The position numbers were made by a program, and so were the translations under genes. The notes below the pieces were generated by a model, which was not told the origin of the DNA, ran no database searches, and saw only the letters and a list, made by a program, of their open reading frames with translations. Positions 38,320-64,000 of a stretch of 64,000 bases of DNA are shown piece after piece (positions within the stretch are counted from its first letter, which is position 1; each line of letters opens with the position of its first letter). The stretch is from Amoebidium appalachense. Lineage: Eukaryota > Protista > Ichthyosporea. Location: positions 10,070,161-10,134,160 of the forward strand of contig CAVNZM010000001.1 of assembly GCA_963693365.1 (NCBI GenBank). The letters are read 5' to 3'.

Positions 38320-40761
38320 AGGGGGGGGGGGGGGGGGGGGGGGAGAAGGGGGGGAAGGGGGGAGGGAAGACCTGGGAATCAACGTAGACAGGTAGGGGGG
38401 AGGGAAGAAGAAGGGAGTAAGGAGGGAAAGTAGGGGGGAGGAGAGGGGGGGGGGGGGGGGAACGGACTTCGGTTAGTACACCTACCGAAGCAGGACGACA
38501 AGGACTTCTAGAGCAGAGATGTGCACTGGCAGTTCCATAAAACCGGAGAGAAGCAATATTTTGTTATGGGAGGGGGGAGGGGGGCTGGGGCGGCGGCAAA
38601 AAAGGAGGGAGGCGGAGGGGAAGGCCGGCAGCATGTGTTTTAAAGTACAAGAACACAGTCAAAATAAACACCATAATGCTGAGGGGCGGAGATCACACAA
38701 GACCAAAACTGATATTGGTCACTCACTGAGACAGACAAACAGCACGCCAGAACAACAAAAAAGTAAACAACCCAAGCAACCAAGCAGAGAGTTAGTCAAG
38801 CTTCTACAAACAGAGCTCCGAGGAGGAAGAAAAGGATAAACCAGACAGCCTATGGCACGAAAAAAAAAGCAGAAACAGAATTGCTGCTATGGGTCCGGGC
38901 GGCCAACGAGAAATCGTCACAACGTTGGTCTCCTACTTTTTGTTGCTTTGTGTCTAGTGTTGCTGAGTGTGTGTGTCTAGTGTGTGTGTGTATGCCGTGC
39001 ACATTTCGTGTGTGTGTGTGTGATGTGTGTGTCTGTTTGTGTGCCTATATGTGTGCGCACCTGCGGTGTACGGGCGTGTGCCTGCCCAACAGTTAATATT
39101 TCATTCTCCTTTTACTACCAACCCCCCCCCCCCCCCCTTGCCCCCCGGAAGAAAACGTGTGGTCCTTCATGCGCTCACAAATAACTCCAGACAGCTTCTG
39201 GCAAAGTAGACTCGCACATGCAACTCAAAAAACCGAGACCAATCGATGGGGGCACCGAAGCGAAAAACTGCGCACAACACAAGAAGGTACACACACAACC
39301 AAAAAAAAAAAGATCAAACGATGAGGACACCGGATTGAAAAACCGAAATCGACACACATACACGAGAAAGAATGCCACACAGAAAAGAAAAAAATGAGCA
39401 CAAACACTGTTGCGCGCGCGCGTACAACTTTGACCATCAGGCTCCACAAGCCACAAACACGCAAGAAAGAAAATTTAAGCGGAAACATGAAGGCTGTCGA
39501 AACACCCACCTTATATAAATGTGTGCTGGGAGGAACCACTCAGGTCCCGGGTGTTGTGTCTCGACGTTTAGAGCCCGCAAAAAAACCCACCCAAGATGAC
39601 CAACTTAGCTATATGACTACACCACTACTCCTAGGACGTCATATAACTACTGATGTTGCCTTACTTATGGATTTAACCACTTGAAGCGCCTTTGTTCGCT
39701 GAAGTGATTTGATAACATCCGCAGACGTGGATTGGCCTGCACACACCAAGATTCCTCGCTAGTGCTGGCTTTCCAAGCCCTCCACAGCTAGCTTTCGTTC
39801 GTAATTTTCACCCCTGGTTGTGGTAAATTGCACAAATTCAATGCAACTACCTTCCAAATGAGTCAGATCCTCTTCTTTCATGGAAAAATGCAGCAGATGG
39901 TAAACAGGTAGGTGTTTAGAGAAAAACAAAAACCGCTATGTAGGCTTCAAAAAAGGCACTTACACAAAAGCTTGTGTGTGTGCGTGTCACAGGAAATCCT
40001 GGCCTTATCATTTGGATTGTATCGAGGTAATCAACTCCGATAGTGTAATCATACGGGACGAGGAATCCCTCCCTGTCGGACTGGCCAGCAACGTTAGATT
40101 CCTACCGAGTATGTACAAGCAAAAACTAGAATATCTAATGGTTTGTGCTGGGCAATCGCTTTTTTCTTTTCGCCAAAACGTAGAAAAAACAAACAATTGA
40201 AAGTATTACTCAAGGCCTACATCCCCGACTCGCTTGAACTCTACATGTACCTCAGTTTTCAAGCAGGTATATAGACGAGGGTGGCTACAAACGAGAGAGC
40301 ATTGTATGGCTGGCCAGTGGCGCACCGCCATGCTGAATTTGCAGGAAGATGGTTGGCCGGCTGACAGAAACACCAACCAATCAGAATCGTCTTTATCTGG
40401 CACTTTGCGCAAATGATCAGGCGCTTTGCCTTATTTGGCTACTTAGAGAAGCTTCAGGAATACCGCTCTTAAGAATCTTTCAGAGATTTTTCTTTGCATT
40501 TTCAGAAAAAGAGGGTTTAGCAATATTCAACTATTGCTTAAACCCCATGTAAGTTATCACTTTCACGTTTTTTGAATACAACGCAATCTTCGTCTAAATT
40601 CCAGAAGTGCCAGTGCTTGGCACGAAAAACGTTCGTGTTCGTGGGCTGCCGCCTTTTTCTTTTTCTGCTTCTCTCACTCACAGAGCTCTCACTCGAGCTC
40701 AGTCAGAAGCGCACGTGTACAAGTTGTTTGAGTTTTTTTGTTCTACGCACGTTCCTTCTTG

Positions 40762-41123
40762 TCACACGGAGTCATAATCGTCCATCGTCACGCGTTCCAG
40801 AATATCAATATATCGGCTGATTTTCGAGCATCTTTGCACCAAGGCCTTCTCAACTCCTTTTGCAGTCCTACATGACTGCCGGTGTTTTTTCGCTGCCAGA
40901 TCCCTTTATTTCCCTTCCCTCCCCTTCTTCTTTCATCCACTCCACCCGCCCACCTCCACCCACTTAACCCTTAGGCATGCCATCCTTCTGCGCCCAAATT
41001 TTTACCTCTTCACATATCTCTGTTGCGCTTGACAATGTAGGTTTTTTTTTGGGTTTGTTTTTTTCTTTTTTGCCAACCTGAAGGCCTATCCTTTTTCTAA
41101 GCATTACCCCCTCTTCCCCTTCC

Positions 41124-41165
<42 letters not shown>

Positions 41166-41475
41166 AGGCCACGACCCCCCCCCCCCCCCCCCCCACCCCA
41201 CCACCACCCCACCGGTTTGCCGCCAAAACCATCAACCACGATGTATGCCTGCTTCACTGAATAGCTCTGTATTTACTACTCTCTATTCTTTCTTACTTAC
41301 GGGCGTTCACAGACTGTGATATTTCAAGAAAAGGGTTAATGTGTGCTCGCTTGCACGCACGTGCACACACTAAGCATGCATCATAGAGAATTACGGAACC
41401 CCCCCCCCCCCCCCCTTCTTCTCCCCCCCCCCCCCCCCCCCCTCCTCCCCTCCCCCCCACAAATGTGCCCCCCCT

Positions 41476-41509
<34 letters not shown>

Positions 41510-42343
41510 ACACACACACACACAATGTAGTGATGCATAACGGAACGCAAACACATGTCGATGTTGAGCAACTGTGAGGTGAACAGGAGCCCCCCTTTTA
41601 AAGAATATGGTGTGTGTGTGTGTATGTGTGTGAGTGTGTGTGTGTGTGGTTGTGTGTGTGTGTGTGTGTGTGCGTGTGTGCACGTGTGTGTGTGTGTGTG
41701 TGTCGCCCGTGTTCGTGCATGCGTGTGTGCATGTGTTGCGCGCTCATACGCACACACACAAACACGCGTGTGCGTGCGCGTGTGGGTGACTGTGCGTGTG
41801 CGAATGTGTATGTGTGTAAGAACACCACAGCCAGATTTTGGGATGTTCTCACTGAAGTGAAAGGGCCGAAAACTCCCCCTCTCCCCCCTGCTCTCCCCTC
41901 CCTCCCCCTCCCCCCACACTTCCGCTCCGCTCCCCCACGCACTCAAACACCAAACCTCCCTCCACCATCTTCGAACCACCCCCTCACCTCCCCCCTCCCC
42001 CCCCCCCCCCCCGCCCCCCCCTCCCCCCCCCACCCCCCGGCTTTTCGTGGCGGGGGCCCGATGGCAATAAGACCATGATAGGAACTCACGGTGCAAAAAA
42101 ATGAGAACATGCACGGCGACCACATTTTCGGGGGGGGGGGGGGGGGGGGGGGGGGGGAAGGGGGGGCGCTTCTTGGTGAATGACACATGTATATGTCTGT
42201 ACGTGAAAATTCTTATAACACCTTTGGTGTACCGTGTATTGTTGTCCTGAGGAGTCTAAGAGATATACACCCACCTGGCATTAGATCCTCAAGACAGTGT
42301 GTCCGGGCATGTGTGTTTGTGTGTGTGCATGTGTGTGTGTGTG

Positions 42344-42412
<69 letters not shown>

Positions 42413-43660
42413 TTGTGCATGTGTGTGCGTGTGTGTGTGTTTGCTCAGGGATTTTCGGTGACAAGCTTGCTAAAAAATAAATGTAAAGCTTCCCTATTCC
42501 AACAACATCGAGTTTCTCACCGTAGCCTTTATGACCTTCTTTTGACATTTAGCGAACTCTTTCACCATGGATCAGTTACTAAAATCTAGATATATTGCTT
42601 TTTGATTTAAAAAACCGGGCCGTTCCTCCGTTACGGTTTCAAGACGGACCTGATACTCTACATTTAGAAGAACTAATGGGCCTGGTGGAAAAAAAAAAAG
42701 AAAGAAAGAAAATGAACCGATCATTACTGTTTTGTTTTAACGTGTTTGCAGTGATACGACGTGAGCTATATATATTCTGGTCTTACAGCGCGCATGCACG
42801 TGCACTGACCTAATCAGGTTCGGTCGTGACAACAACGGCTGATCCCCCCCCCCCCCCCCCCCCCACACCTTCCCCGTCCTTCCCCCCTCCCACCCCCCCC
42901 CCCCACCCCCTCCTCCGGCCTCCCTCCCCTCCCCCTGGCACGTCCGCCACCACTGTTCAAGAGAGTGCCACCCCGGTCTACTAGCAGTACTTGTGATGGT
43001 AACAACCCATGAATTGCCAACACAGCTCCCTGCCTTTCCATTGCATGCATCAAATAAATATTTCTTTATCACAGGACTGTTGATCAACCTGAAATTCGAA
43101 CACACACCACACGCGCACACCCGGCCCAGTTGCACACACCCACACATCCACCCACCTATCCCTTGTATGTGTGGGTGTTTTTGCCTCGTCCGGCACCCAA
43201 AAGGGCATGTGAATTTCTGCAACAGGTGGGTTGCAGTGTAATGAATGAATACCCCCCCCCCCCCCCCCCCCCCCCCCCCTCTCCCCCCCCGCCCCCAACA
43301 CACACACACACACCTTGACACAAACCGCGTACACAGATACAGACACATGTACGGGCACCACCACAGACGTGAGCATGGGTGCGCATACATACACGTACCT
43401 TCAAACGGTGTTTCACAAATGTTTCAGTATCACATACGAACTTAGATCCCAGTTTGTCTTGGCCGGATGTGCACACAACTCGAGCTAGTTACTAAACGTT
43501 TATAATCTTCAACACATTTAAAACCACAAAAAATGATGGTGGTTTTCCAGCTTAGAGTATGACTGTCAAAAAAGTATGGCGATTTTTCAATCGCTAAGCA
43601 TCCATCCATGCTTCTTACAGCTATGCAGGCTGCCACTTATGTCTTGTTTGAAACAGCCCT
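40762..43660 (-). pseudogene. Putative diverged or decayed multi-exon gene with faint FYVE-like and PX-like remnants
   Basis: Several GT-AG bounded segments are phase-compatible: LLNIDMCLRSVMHHYI|SVNA|LKQAYIVVDGFGGKP and EICEEVKIWAQKDGMPK|AKKHRQ...DYDSV-stop (exon 40892-40762). PFWVPDEA and GRVCACGVCSNFRL occur near 43.1-43.2 kb. A complete chain could not be built. Confidence 0.3.
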
Positions 43661-43698
43661 GTCTAGTTATCACCACAATTAGCTAATCCCCTCCCTGT

Positions 43699-43731
<33 letters not shown>

Positions 43732-43865
43732 ACCCACCCACAAACACCACACCACACCACACCACACCACACCACACCACACACACACCACACATGTGTG
43801 CGTGCATGCACACACACACACACCACGCGCACACACACACACGCACACGCACGCACACGCACACG

Positions 43866-43956
<91 letters not shown>

Positions 43957-44405
43957 CACCACCACCATAAAAACAAAAGGGAGCCTTAGTCGTCTTTCAG
44001 GTCGAAGCAACTAAAATATTAAATGAAGTATCTACTGCGTTCACATCTCTACAAAAGAAAAAGAGAAGAAATTATCATTCCTTTTTAGAAATTAAATACC
44101 CATCAGGCATATCACCGCCTCATAAGGAAAAGGAAACAACCCCTATATTTCGTTCCAGACCCCTGCAAACCCAGACACGCCATTACAAACCACACAATTT
44201 TCACGGGGTTCTACACGAATGCAATAAGCAAAAAGACTCACACGACGTGTAATGTGCATACCGTCCTTCCCGTCCTGTACGTTTCCCATTCATGTCCAAG
44301 CAACCGACAATAATTCAAAACTCGCCGTCGTCCATTCTCCCCATTCCCACCCGTATTTTCTGTATATTCATCCGTTTCTTCCCCGTACTTTCGAGTCTTC
44401 CCTCT

Positions 44406-63865
<19,460 letters not shown>

Positions 63866-64000
63866 CTGTTGCATAAGTACAACAAAACTTTAGCACCTGC
63901 TGACTGCATCACAGCCCCCCCCCTCCCCCCCCCGGCCCCCCCCCCCCCCAAAAAAAAAACAAGCCCGGCCCCAACCTGGGCAGTCTCCTCCCCCTCCCCC

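Overview
Intron-rich nuclear DNA from a eukaryote. Introns are packed with (GT/CA)n microsatellites and long G/C homopolymers, so nearly all ORFs in the supplied track are repeat artefacts; real genes emerge only by splicing small GT-AG exons. Reconstructed genes: (1) three four-exon paralogs of an NXPE/PC-esterase-like (Ig-like domain plus SGNH GDS...DxxH) type II membrane protein, with signs of gene conversion and one frameshift each; (2) a short ATP6AP1/Ac45-like V-ATPase accessory subunit; (3) ISCA1; (4) the 3' 22 exons of an RGS-like/C1/DH/PH RhoGEF; (5) a low-confidence diverged gene at about 40.8-43.7 kb. One RhoGEF intron carries a 478-nt mitochondrial cox1 exon-plus-intron fragment (NUMT) bounded by a perfect 23-nt direct repeat. 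Three exon fragments are duplicated together with their splice sites, and many introns pair 5' (GT)n with 3' (CA)n-CAG acceptors that lack a polypyrimidine tract. Gene content suggests a unicellular holozoan such as an ichthyosporean; this is an inference. All homology calls are by eye and from memory, with no searches run.
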